NCBI GenBank assembly: GCA_016188575.1
Contig: JACPHN010000265.1
Span: forward strand, 13,554 to 77,553
DNA length: 64,000 bases
Reading direction: 5' to 3'
DNA from: Candidatus Schekmanbacteria bacterium
GTDB taxonomy: Bacteria > CSSED10-310 > JACPHN01
The position numbers and the translations under genes are program-made. A model generated the notes under the pieces. That model worked only from the letters and a program-made list of their open reading frames with translations. It searched no databases and was not told the origin of the DNA. This document shows, one piece after another, positions 40,718 to 51,423 of the stretch (position 1 is its first letter; the number at the start of each line of letters is the position of its first letter).

Positions 40718-41338
40718 ATGTCTGTGCTGGCCCAGGAGGTCCTGGTGCTCAATCGAAACTTTGCGGCCATCCGCATCGTCCCCGCCAAGGAGGCGATTGG
40801 GCTGCTCTTCCGGAGGGTGGCCGAAGTCGTTCTCGCCGAGGACGGCTCCATGAGCGTCCACAACATCGAATCCTGGGTCGAGCTGTCCGCGATGCGGGAG
40901 CTGTTTGCGGCCGACGGCCGCTGGATCGGCGCCCCCTCTCGTTCCGTTCGCGTGCCCACTGTCATCCGGCTGCCCACCTTCGCGCGGCTGCCACCCTTGC
41001 GGGTGCGCTTCAACCGCCGCAACATCGTCGCCCGCGACGAAGGCCGCTGCCAGTATTGCGGCTCCACTTTTCCGGCACAGGATCTGTCTTTTGACCACGT
41101 CGTGCCACGCTCGCGTGGCGGCCGCACGTGCTGGGAGAACATCGTGTGCGCATGCTTCTGCTGCAACCAGAGGAAGGGCGACCGCACCCCCGAGGAAGCG
41201 GGAATGCCGCTGATCCGCCGCCCAACGCGCCCGCGGCGCTGCCCGCTGCTCGCTGCGAGGCTGAGCCGCGGCGTGCCGCGCACCTGGCACTACTTCGTCG
41301 ACGAGGCGTACTGGGGGGCCAGCCTGGAGCACGACTGA
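40718..41338 (+). CDS. HNH endonuclease (McrA/COG1403-like)
   Basis: VLVLN, PTVIRL, RRNIVARD..RCQYCG, DHVVPRSRGG...WENIVCAC..CNQRKG.RTPEEAGM. AGGAGG RBS. Confidence 0.92.
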   Translation: MSVLAQEVLVLNRNFAAIRIVPAKEAIGLLFRRVAEVVLAEDGSMSVHNIESWVELSAMRELFAADGRWIGAPSRSVRVPTVIRLPTFARLPPLRVRFNRRNIVARDEGRCQYCGSTFPAQDLSFDHVVPRSRGGRTCWENIVCACFCCNQRKGDRTPEEAGMPLIRRPTRPRRCPLLAARLSRGVPRTWHYFVDEAYWGASLEHD

Positions 41339-41377
41339 CCGCCGCTCGGTCCGCCGGCGCCGCCGAGCCCCCTGCGC

Positions 41378-42391
41378 TTAGCGGCAGTCGCCGTCCACGT
41401 ATCGCTTCGCGCCTGCCACGGCGCGCTCGACGATGCGCGGCGCCGCCCCGCGCAGGCGCGGGTTCTCGAGGCGGCCGCTGACCCACTTGACCATGATCAG
41501 GTCGCGCGCCATCAGGAGCGCTGGCAAGGCCGCCACATCGGGAATCGCGCTCACGGACTCGTACCCGCCGAGGAGCGCCTGGCGGAGGGATTCGTAGTCC
41601 GGCCGCCGCCGCAAGTGCGCCAGAGCAACCGCAATGTCGTAGGCGAAAAACCCAAAGCCGCAGTCGTCGAAATCAATGATGTGCGCTCGCCCCGCGGAAA
41701 ACACGTAGTTGCCGTGGTGCAGATCCGCATGGATCAGACCGCTCGCCCGCGGGTCCCTGGACACTGCCGCGAGCTCCGCGCGAGCGCGCGCTCTGGCCAG
41801 CTCGAGCACGCGGTCATCGGCGCTTCCCGCCACCGAGCCCGTGGCCGGCACGGCCCACGGCCCGCCGGAGCCGATCAGCGCCTCGAGGTCCCAGCGCGGG
41901 CGAGTAAAACCCGGCGGTGTGTCCAGACCTCTCGAGCAGCGATGGAGAGCCGCCATGCTGCGGCCGATCGCCGTCAGGTGGGCAGGCCCGAGGCTGCGAT
42001 CCAGGTTTCGGCCCGGCACCCAGCGCAGCAACGAGCAGTAGCGCGGTTCTGGAACTCCGTCGGCGCCGTCCTGGACGACGTGCTCGCCCGACCGCGCCGC
42101 CACGGCCACGGGCACCGACAGCTCGGGCGAGGCGCGCAGCGCGGCGAGCCAGAGCATCTCTGACTCGATCTCCGCCCGCGAGTGATAGCCCGGGCGGTGG
42201 ACGCGCAGCAAGAAGGTCGCCGTGCCGGCACGGTCGCCAAGCCGCCCTGCCACCCGAAACGTGGCGTTTTCGTAGTTGCCGATCGCGGCGATCTTGCTGA
42301 CCTCAAGGTCATAGGCGCGCAGCGCTGCGCGCGCCAATCTGCCCAACCGCTGCAACTGCCCGCGGTAACTTAGCTCCGGGAATGCTCGCAT
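41378..42391 (-). CDS. APH/SrkA-like phosphotransferase
   Basis: ENATFRV, LRVHRP, IHADLHHGN, IIDFDD. Confidence 0.85.
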   Translation of the reverse strand: MRAFPELSYRGQLQRLGRLARAALRAYDLEVSKIAAIGNYENATFRVAGRLGDRAGTATFLLRVHRPGYHSRAEIESEMLWLAALRASPELSVPVAVAARSGEHVVQDGADGVPEPRYCSLLRWVPGRNLDRSLGPAHLTAIGRSMAALHRCSRGLDTPPGFTRPRWDLEALIGSGGPWAVPATGSVAGSADDRVLELARARARAELAAVSRDPRASGLIHADLHHGNYVFSAGRAHIIDFDDCGFGFFAYDIAVALAHLRRRPDYESLRQALLGGYESVSAIPDVAALPALLMARDLIMVKWVSGRLENPRLRGAAPRIVERAVAGAKRYVDGDCR

Positions 42392-42571
42392 CTGCTCTTT
42401 CTCTCCGCGGCGAACGCCTCAGGAGTCGGCGCGGCCTCGCCGCTCACTCGAGGCGGAGGCAGCATAGCATCGCGGGCGCGCTCCGAGCTACCGCGTTGAA
42501 CGCGCGCGTGCGCCGCGATAGGCTCGCGGGCCGAGACCACGCGAGCCGTACCCCGGAGCGAAACCAGGAGG

Positions 42572-43378
42572 TTGCCGTTGTCATCCGAAACCGTATTGCT
42601 GGAAATAGCAGCGCCCCGCGCCACGATCACCTTGAATCGGCCGGAAAAGCGAAACGCTATCAACCGCGCCATGCTCGCGGAGCTGGAGCCGGTCTTGATG
42701 AAGGTGCGCGACGATGCCACGGTTCGCGTCGTTGTGCTTTGCGGCGCCGGACCGGCGTTCTGCTCGGGCATTGACCACGCCTTGCTTGCGGAGATTTCCG
42801 CGCAGTGCCGCGCCGGCGTCCCCTTTCGGCACCTCCATGGAGATCTACACCGCTGCCTCGATGTCATGGTCACGATGGAGAAACCGGTCGTGGCCTTGCT
42901 GCACGGGGTAGCGACCGGAATGGGATTGGAGCTGGCGCTGGCGGCCGATTTCCGCATCGCGCCGGCGGCATGCGTTATCGGCTTGCCGGAAGTGGCGTTT
43001 GGATTGATTCCTGACGTGGGGGGCACCACGCGGCTCACGCGTCTGGTGGGCGGCCACCGCGCCAAGGAGCTGATACTCACGGGGGTCGCCATGACCGCGG
43101 CGGCCGCTCCGGCGGGCTTGATGACGCGCGTCGCAGCGGACGAAGAGGCCGCGGCGGAGGAGCTCGAACGTCTCGTCGCGGCGCTTTCGCGCCACCCGGC
43201 GCTCGCCGTCGGCCTCGGCAAGGCGCTCGTCGATCGCGTAGCCGACTGCGATGAGGCAACCGCGAAGCGACTGGAGGGCGTGTACCAGACGATCCTGCTG
43301 CAGCAGCCGGAGATCGCGCAGCACTTCCCTGCGGCCGTGGCGTTCATACAAGACCAGATCAAGAATCCGCGGCGCTGA
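42572..43378 (+). CDS. Enoyl-CoA hydratase/isomerase family protein
   Basis: ITLNRPEKRNA, AFCSGID, GMGLELALAAD, LPEVAFGLIPD. CAGGAGG RBS. Confidence 0.9.
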   Translation: MPLSSETVLLEIAAPRATITLNRPEKRNAINRAMLAELEPVLMKVRDDATVRVVVLCGAGPAFCSGIDHALLAEISAQCRAGVPFRHLHGDLHRCLDVMVTMEKPVVALLHGVATGMGLELALAADFRIAPAACVIGLPEVAFGLIPDVGGTTRLTRLVGGHRAKELILTGVAMTAAAAPAGLMTRVAADEEAAAEELERLVAALSRHPALAVGLGKALVDRVADCDEATAKRLEGVYQTILLQQPEIAQHFPAAVAFIQDQIKNPRR

Positions 43379-43414
43379 GGCCGCGCGGTCCCGCAGGCTT
43401 GGCGCCATGCTCGG

Positions 43415-43777
43415 TTACGAGCTCTCGGCCGCCCCGGGTTCGTCCTGGAAGCCGAGGTGCCGAGCCAGGATCTTGGCCAGCGGCTCGCTGCTAATGAGAT
43501 CGGCGGCGATCCGGTCCACGCGGTTTCCGGCGTACTTTCCCGCGTGGATGTCGCCGATCACCGACTTGTGCTGCTCGGCCGCAACCTTGGTCAGTACCCG
43601 CTCCAACTGCTTGATGTCCGCGATTTCGCGATAGCTAGTTTGTTTGGCGGCAAGAATGGCACCGCCTACGTAAAGACGCGTCTCGACGCGGGGATTCGCC
43701 GCCCGCGCCTTGACTTCCGTCTGCACATGGTAGGTCGTGCCCTGAAACGCCACATCCGTGTTGAAACCGATGACCAT
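43415..43777 (-). CDS. Hypothetical protein
   Basis: GFNTDV...YHVQTE...ETRLYVGGAIL...QHK, a pattern I recognise from small conserved proteins of unknown function. Confidence 0.7.
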   Translation of the reverse strand: MVIGFNTDVAFQGTTYHVQTEVKARAANPRVETRLYVGGAILAAKQTSYREIADIKQLERVLTKVAAEQHKSVIGDIHAGKYAGNRVDRIAADLISSEPLAKILARHLGFQDEPGAAESS

Positions 43778-43999
43778 GATACAACACTCATAGCGCCATC
43801 GGGCCGCGCGATCAACCGTGTAAAGCCCTTTCGGGGCGACACGGCCGTCGCTTGCAGCCGTGGTCCGGGCGCAGTAGCCTGTGCTATCTCGAGCCCGTGC
43901 GCGCGCGCGCGGTTAGGAGGAGTGCCAACGCTGTCCGCCAGGGGCAGAAAACGGCAGGGAAGCCAGGCGCTGGGTTGCGGCTTGGTGAGGGAGCAGCGA

Positions 44000-44362
44000 G
44001 TGTCAATACCCGAACCGCGAGACGAAGAATCCGAGCGGGCACGAGCCGGGGCAGCGCGGGAGATTGATCGGCTGAGAGAGCGGATCGACGACCTCGATGC
44101 GCAGCTCGTCGACCTGCTCAATCGCCGCACCGAGCTGGCTCTCGCAATAGGGCGGGTCAAGCGCGAGCATGGGCTGGCCGTGTACTGCCCCGAGCGCGAG
44201 AGCGCCATCTTTGAGCGCATCTGCAGTCTCGGCACCGGGCCACTGGCGCCGGCGGCGCTCCGCCGCCTGTTCGAGCGCATTCTGGACGAGTCGCGGGGCG
44301 TACAGCGAAGTCTCGCCGCGGCCGATCCTCCCGTGACGGCCCAAGCCACGCGGGGAACCTGA
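44000..44362 (+). CDS. Chorismate mutase (AroQ type II)
   Basis: IDRLRERIDDLDAQLVDLLNRR...IGRVK...VYCPERE...ILDESR. GTG 44000 follows GAGGGAG. Confidence 0.85.
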   Translation: MSIPEPRDEESERARAGAAREIDRLRERIDDLDAQLVDLLNRRTELALAIGRVKREHGLAVYCPERESAIFERICSLGTGPLAPAALRRLFERILDESRGVQRSLAAADPPVTAQATRGT

Positions 44363-44373
44363 AACCACAAGCG

Positions 44374-45066
44374 ATGTCTAACTCTCCTGACATGAGTGAC
44401 GCCGTGGACGTCCCGGCATTCGTCGGGGCGGGTCGCCGGAGCGAGCCATCGGCAGCGCCGCTCTCGCCGCTCCGCGGCGCCTGGTGTGAAGTAAAGGACG
44501 AAGAGTTGGTCATGATCGCGGTGCAAGGCAATACGACAGCCTTCGACGAGCTTGTGCGGCGGCACGAGCGCGCGGCGTTCAACGTCGCGTATCGCATGCT
44601 GGGCAGCTACGACGAGGCCTCGGACCTCGTGCAGGACGCGTTTCTTCGCGCCTATCGGGCGCTCGCGACGTTTCGCCAGGACGCGGCGTTCTCGACCTGG
44701 TTGCACCGTATTCTCGTAAATCTGTGCATCAATCGCAGGAAACGCTGGAAGGTGTGGCGGCGTAAGCAGACGGTTTCACTTGACGAACCACTGGGAGACG
44801 AAGATGGGCCGACCGTCGGCGACATGCTCTCGGGGGACGTGCCGAGCCCCCACGACACGGTCGTATCGGAGCAGCAGGCGAGGCGCATCCAGCACGCGAT
44901 CGCGGAGCTGGCGCCGGACCACCGCGCCATCGTCATTCTCCGAGACATCGAGGGCCGCGCGTACGACGAGATCGCCGCCATACTCGAGATTTCCGAGGGC
45001 ACGGTAAAATCACGCCTCAATCGGGCCCGAGCCAGGCTGCGCAAGAGCCTCGAGACCTTGCTGTAG
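44374..45066 (+). CDS. ECF RNA polymerase sigma factor
   Basis: AFDELVRRH, DLVQDAF, FSTWLHRI, YDEIAAIL...GTVKSRLNRAR. Confidence 0.92.
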   Translation: MSNSPDMSDAVDVPAFVGAGRRSEPSAAPLSPLRGAWCEVKDEELVMIAVQGNTTAFDELVRRHERAAFNVAYRMLGSYDEASDLVQDAFLRAYRALATFRQDAAFSTWLHRILVNLCINRRKRWKVWRRKQTVSLDEPLGDEDGPTVGDMLSGDVPSPHDTVVSEQQARRIQHAIAELAPDHRAIVILRDIEGRAYDEIAAILEISEGTVKSRLNRARARLRKSLETLL

Positions 45067-45087
45067 CGCCAGACGAAAGACACGCAC

Positions 45088-46464
45088 ATGAGCACCAAAA
45101 CCAGGGATCAGGGGAATCGCGAGGGAACGAGCCTCACCTGCGAGCAGGCGCGCGCCGGCCTCGCCGACTTTGACGAGGGTCAGCTCGGCGACGCGCAGCA
45201 GCGCGTCGTGGCGCAGCACCTGGGGCAATGCGCGGACTGCGAATCCGAGCGCAAGGCCATGGCAAGGTTGCGATCGATCCTCCGCGCGCTCCCCGCTGCC
45301 ACCCCGCCAGCCGAGCTGCGCGGCGCCGTGATGGCGCGGATCGCGCGCGAAGCGGCGCCGAACCGAGCGACGGGGCGCGCGCGATCGCTCGTGAGGGCCC
45401 AAGATTTGGGGACCTGGCTCTTCGGCGCCCCCGTCCGGCGGTTCGCGGTCACCGCGGCGATGGTGATCATTTGCGGCGTAGCAGTCGGCAGAATCGCGAT
45501 CTCGCCGCCTGAGCTCGGCGGGCGCGACGCGGCCGTGCTGCGCGATTCACTGGTGCAGCCCCAAGCCATGCCGCAGTCCCTGAGCGAGCAGCGGGCGCGG
45601 CTGCCGGAGCCCGCGACGCTAAAGAAAGCCAAGGCGGAGAGCACCGCGAGCGCCGCGGGGCCTGGCGAGCAAGCGGCGGCGGTGTCCCCGCGCCGCGCGG
45701 AGCTCGTCGCTCGCGCCGAGCGCGCGCGGGAAATGGGTGGGTATCCGGAGGCCGTGGAGCTTTCGGCTGCGAAACAGGACACACTGGCGCTGGAGTCGGC
45801 GCCGCGCGCACCGATGGCCACCATGCCGCCGGCCATGGCGGCACCGGGCGCCAAGGAAGTCGCCCCGGCGAGCCGCCAGGCACTCGCCTCGGACGTCCGC
45901 CTTCCGGCCTTGAGGGCCACGGAGGGCGACGCCGGCGCGCTATCGGGGCGCTCGCCGGCGTTCGCGGAGCGCACCCGCGAGGGGTTAGCGGCGCGCGCGC
46001 CGAAGCCCGCGACCAGCGCTCCAGCGGATGCCACCGCGGATGCCCCCTCCCGGCGTGGCCTGCGAGCCGTCATCGTGGCGCTGTCGTGGGCGACGGCGGC
46101 GCCGGCCCAAGGCGGCGAAGACGAGATTGCGGTCACCGCGGCCAGCGCCGAGCAGGAGCGCACAGCAGAAACGGCGGCCGGCCACCTCGCTGACAAGCTC
46201 TCTGCGAGCGGCACCGACGCGGCGCCGGGGATGTCGGAGGAAGAGCTGGAGGCCGCGGAGGAGCAGATCTATGACGTGACGGTCGAGGCGAGCCGCGGGA
46301 GCGTGCGGCTCGTCAACGCGACACCGCAGCCGAGCCGCGAAGAGGCCGTGGCACTCGCGGAAGCCCTGCGCGCCCACCTGGTCGCCGCGGACAAAATGCC
46401 CGCCGCCAATGTGCGCCGCGAGTTTTCGGGCCGCGCGACCGTAGTCTGGCTACATCAGCAGTGA
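45088..46464 (+). CDS. Zinc-binding anti-sigma factor (ZAS) with TM
   Basis: C...HLGQCADC (HxxxCxxC), one TM, low-complexity extracytoplasmic region. Adjacent to the ECF sigma gene. Confidence 0.8.
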   Translation: MSTKTRDQGNREGTSLTCEQARAGLADFDEGQLGDAQQRVVAQHLGQCADCESERKAMARLRSILRALPAATPPAELRGAVMARIAREAAPNRATGRARSLVRAQDLGTWLFGAPVRRFAVTAAMVIICGVAVGRIAISPPELGGRDAAVLRDSLVQPQAMPQSLSEQRARLPEPATLKKAKAESTASAAGPGEQAAAVSPRRAELVARAERAREMGGYPEAVELSAAKQDTLALESAPRAPMATMPPAMAAPGAKEVAPASRQALASDVRLPALRATEGDAGALSGRSPAFAERTREGLAARAPKPATSAPADATADAPSRRGLRAVIVALSWATAAPAQGGEDEIAVTAASAEQERTAETAAGHLADKLSASGTDAAPGMSEEELEAAEEQIYDVTVEASRGSVRLVNATPQPSREEAVALAEALRAHLVAADKMPAANVRREFSGRATVVWLHQQ

Positions 46465-46480
46465 GCCTGCCGGGAGGCAG

Positions 46481-46816
46481 GTGTTTGGAGGTTTGCCTGT
46501 GGACGATTTCGGGGAAGACGCTCCCCGCCTGAGCACGGGGAGAAAGGTGAGCACCGACAGCATCGAGTCTATTCTCGACGCGCTGCTCGATGAGATCTAC
46601 GTTCCGGAGGCTTCGCGGCTGCGCAAGCTCGACGACGCGACCCTCTACCCGCTGGTAGGGCGCGAGATCGAAGGACTGGTGGAGCGGCTCACGGAGGAGC
46701 AGGCGAAGGCGCTGCTCGTGCCGTCGCTGATGAGCCTGTTTCACGCTCACGTGGTGCTGGTGCGGCAGCGCGCGATGCGCACGATGAACGACGGCCGCAA
46801 GAGCCCCGGCGAGTAG
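46481..46816 (+). CDS. Small hypothetical protein (start may be 46499 or 46547)
   Basis: Protein-like composition; fills the gap before fumC. Confidence 0.55.
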   Translation: MFGGLPVDDFGEDAPRLSTGRKVSTDSIESILDALLDEIYVPEASRLRKLDDATLYPLVGREIEGLVERLTEEQAKALLVPSLMSLFHAHVVLVRQRAMRTMNDGRKSPGE

Positions 46817-46835
46817 GCCGGCGGCCTCAGCGCGA

Positions 46836-48227
46836 ATGATTGCCATGGATGAGCAAGAGCTCCGCAGCGAGCGAGATGCACTCGGCGAGGTAAGGGTGCC
46901 CGTTACGGCGCTGTATGGTGCGCAGACCCAGCGGGCAATAGACAATTTTCCAATCAGCGGCCTGCGCCTTCCTGGCCCGATGATCCGCGCCCTGGGCCTG
47001 ATCAAGGGCGCGGTTTCCGAGGCCAATCGCAGGCTTGGATTGCTCGACGCCGAACGCGCCACGGCCATCGGGCAGGCGGCCGAACAGGTGGAGGCAGGGC
47101 GATACGACGCGCATTTTCCGATCGACATCTTCCAGTCCGGCTCGGGCACTTCGTCGAACATGAACGCCAACGAGGTCATCGCCAACCTGGCTACCGAGCT
47201 ACTGGGCCGCAAAGTCCACCCCAATGATGACGTAAACATGAGCCAGTCGAGCAACGACGTGATCCCGACGGCGATCCACGTGAGCGCGGCGCTCACCGCC
47301 CACGAGTGGACGCTGCCGGGGCTGCGGCACCTCAGCGCCACCATTGCGCGCAAGGGCACGGCACTGGATCACGTCGTGAAGACCGGTCGCACACACCTGA
47401 TGGACGCCATGCCGATCCGCTTCAGTCAGGAGCTCAGCGGCTGGCGCGCGCAAGTCGACGCCGATATCGCCCGCCTCACCGACTCGCTGGACCGCGTCTA
47501 TGAGCTTGCCATCGGCGGCACTGCTGTGGGCACCGGCGTCAACGCGCCCCCTGAGCTGGGAAATCTCGTCGCCACAATTCTCGCCGAGCGGACCGGACTT
47601 CCCTTTGTGAGCGCGCGCAACCGGTTTCAGCACATGGCGGCCCAGGATGTCGCCGTCGAGCTGTCCGGCCAGCTCAAGGTCGTGGCCGTGACCCTGACCA
47701 AGGTTGCCAATGACCTGCGCTGGATGAATAGCGGTCCGGTCGCCGGACTGGCCGAGATCGAGCTCGAAGCCATTCAGCCCGGCTCGAGCATCATGCCCGG
47801 CAAGATCAATCCGGTGATCCCGGAGGCGGTGTGCATGGTGGCGGCGCAAATCATCGGTAACGACCTGACCATCACGCTCGGCGGGCAGGCGGGCAACTTT
47901 CAGCTCAACACCATGCTACCGATGATTGCCTACAACCTGGTGCAGTCGTTGCACATCGCCGGCACCGCGGCGCGGTTGCTGGCCGACAGCGCCATCGCCG
48001 GCTTCGCCGTGAATGAAGAGGGTATTCGGAGGCGACTGGGCGAGAATCCCATTCTGGTGACGGCGCTCAATCGCGAGATCGGCTACGACCTGGGTGCGAA
48101 GATCGTCCGCGCCGCCTATAGCCAGAAGCGTTCGCTCAAGGAGGTGGCGCGGGAAATGACCGACCTTTCCTCGGAACGTCTGGACGAGCTGCTGGATCCG
48201 CGCAGGTTGACCGAGGGCGGGATCTAG
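46836..48227 (+). CDS. fumC: Fumarate hydratase class II
   Basis: QSGSGTSSNMNANE, KTGRTHLMDA, GSSIMPGKINP. Confidence 0.93.
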   Translation: MIAMDEQELRSERDALGEVRVPVTALYGAQTQRAIDNFPISGLRLPGPMIRALGLIKGAVSEANRRLGLLDAERATAIGQAAEQVEAGRYDAHFPIDIFQSGSGTSSNMNANEVIANLATELLGRKVHPNDDVNMSQSSNDVIPTAIHVSAALTAHEWTLPGLRHLSATIARKGTALDHVVKTGRTHLMDAMPIRFSQELSGWRAQVDADIARLTDSLDRVYELAIGGTAVGTGVNAPPELGNLVATILAERTGLPFVSARNRFQHMAAQDVAVELSGQLKVVAVTLTKVANDLRWMNSGPVAGLAEIELEAIQPGSSIMPGKINPVIPEAVCMVAAQIIGNDLTITLGGQAGNFQLNTMLPMIAYNLVQSLHIAGTAARLLADSAIAGFAVNEEGIRRRLGENPILVTALNREIGYDLGAKIVRAAYSQKRSLKEVAREMTDLSSERLDELLDPRRLTEGGI

Positions 48228-48305
48228 TGTGCGCCGGGGCGCGCGCCGGCAGGTGGCACGGATCCGTGTCCTGCCGTCTGATCGGGTCGAACCGCGGCCG
48301 TGAAT

Positions 48306-49979
<1,674 letters not shown>

Positions 49980-49991
49980 CGCTCACCTCCA

Positions 49992-50103
49992 TCAGATTGA
50001 AGGGATCATACATCGATCCGAGCGGCCCGGCGACCCACGCGAATCCTCTCCGAGGCGATCGAGCCACGTTTTCTCGGACGCAAGTCTTGGCCCGGATATT
50101 GCA
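49992..50103 (+). promoter_or_regulatory. Sigma54 promoter with tandem UAS
   Basis: TGGCCC-GGATA-TTGCA (50088-50103). TCA-GAT-TGA at 49992 and TCG-ATC-CGA at 50013. Confidence 0.75.
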
Positions 50104-50151
50104 AGTGTAATCGATGTTCACGATCCCGGCAACACTCCAAAAGGAAGATTC

Positions 50152-51423
50152 ATGCCGCGCCAGACGCGGAGAGGTGATTCCATGACCATTTCTGCCTCCA
50201 TTTCATCGCACCAACGCGCCGATGTGGCCGCGGCACCGCCCTCCCCTGCGCCGCCGAAATTGGCCACGGCGCGGCCCGAGTCGGCTCGTCGCCGCGGTCC
50301 CGCGCTTCGCTGGTCGTGGCGGCTTACTACCATCTCCGGCATCGACGTGTACGTCCACGGGACGTTCCTACTGCTGCTCGCGTTTGTGGCGTCAAGCGAC
50401 CTGCTGGCCGGCCGCGGAAGCGCTGCGGTGATGCCCGACACGTTGCTTATCCTGGCGGTATTCACCTCGGTATTGCTCCACGAGCTTGGTCATGCGCTGA
50501 CGGCACGTCGCTTCGGTGTGCGCACCCACGACATCACCCTCCTGCCCATCGGCGGCGTCGCCCGGCTGGACAGGTTGCCGGACAAGCCTGGCCAGCAGCT
50601 CCTTGTGGCGCTTGCGGGCCCCGCGGTGAATATGGTCATCGCCCTGCTGCTCTTCGGTCTGGTGCGCCTCCTCGGTGGCCAGGTGCCCAGCGCGGGTCTT
50701 TACGACACGAGCGGGCCATTCCTCGTACAGCTCCTTTGGATCAACGTGTCTTTGGCCTTGTTCAACCTGTTGCCGGGCTACCCGATGGATGGCGGCCGGA
50801 TTCTGCGGGCGATTCTGGCCATGCGTATGGCTCCGGAGCGCGCTACCCAGACCGCTGCCCGCGTCGGCCAGGGCGTCGCCCTGATTTTTGGCGCTGTCGG
50901 GCTGTTCGTCAACCCGCTCTTGATGGTAATTGCCGTGTTTGTCTGGCTGGGTGCCCAGGCGGAGCATTCCGCCTCGACGCTGAAGATTGCGCTCACCGGC
51001 CTGTCGGTTCGCGAGGGCATGATCACGGACTTCAAGAGTGTTTCCCCGACGGACCCGTTGTCGCGGGCAGTCGAGCTGACCCTGGCAGGGTTTCAGCAGG
51101 ATTTCCCCGTGCTGGATGAGGCGGCATTGGTGGGTATCCTGACGCATGCCGACGTGTTGAAGGGCCTTGCCGAGCATGGTGCGGACCTTTCGGTGCAGCA
51201 AGCGATGTCAGGCGAGCTCGACACGGTGTCTCCGTCCGAGGCGCTCGACGGTGCCCTGACGCGGCTATACCAGCGCGACAGCCGGGCTTTGATGGTGGTC
51301 GAGAATGAGAAGCTGGTCGGCCTCGTGACCTTGGCGAACATCGGGGAGCTGCTGGCGCTCGAGGCGGCGGGAAACCAGCCGGGCGCCTTGGCGACCCAGG
51401 CGAGAGGAGGAACGGTCCGATGA
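50152..51423 (+). CDS. Site-2 protease (M50) with tandem CBS domains
   Basis: HELGH, AGPAVN, FNLLPGYPMDGGR, two CBS domains. Confidence 0.92.
   Translation: MPRQTRRGDSMTISASISSHQRADVAAAPPSPAPPKLATARPESARRRGPALRWSWRLTTISGIDVYVHGTFLLLLAFVASSDLLAGRGSAAVMPDTLLILAVFTSVLLHELGHALTARRFGVRTHDITLLPIGGVARLDRLPDKPGQQLLVALAGPAVNMVIALLLFGLVRLLGGQVPSAGLYDTSGPFLVQLLWINVSLALFNLLPGYPMDGGRILRAILAMRMAPERATQTAARVGQGVALIFGAVGLFVNPLLMVIAVFVWLGAQAEHSASTLKIALTGLSVREGMITDFKSVSPTDPLSRAVELTLAGFQQDFPVLDEAALVGILTHADVLKGLAEHGADLSVQQAMSGELDTVSPSEALDGALTRLYQRDSRALMVVENEKLVGLVTLANIGELLALEAAGNQPGALATQARGGTVR

Noticed and set aside
40718-41338. IscB/Cas9-like RNA-guided nuclease
   Set aside because: Only 206 aa, with no PLMP/RRXRR domain, RuvC motifs or bridge helix.
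48254-48270. Sigma54 site TGGCACG after fumC
   Set aside because: No GC at -12. It is part of the palindrome CACGGATCCGTG between convergent genes.
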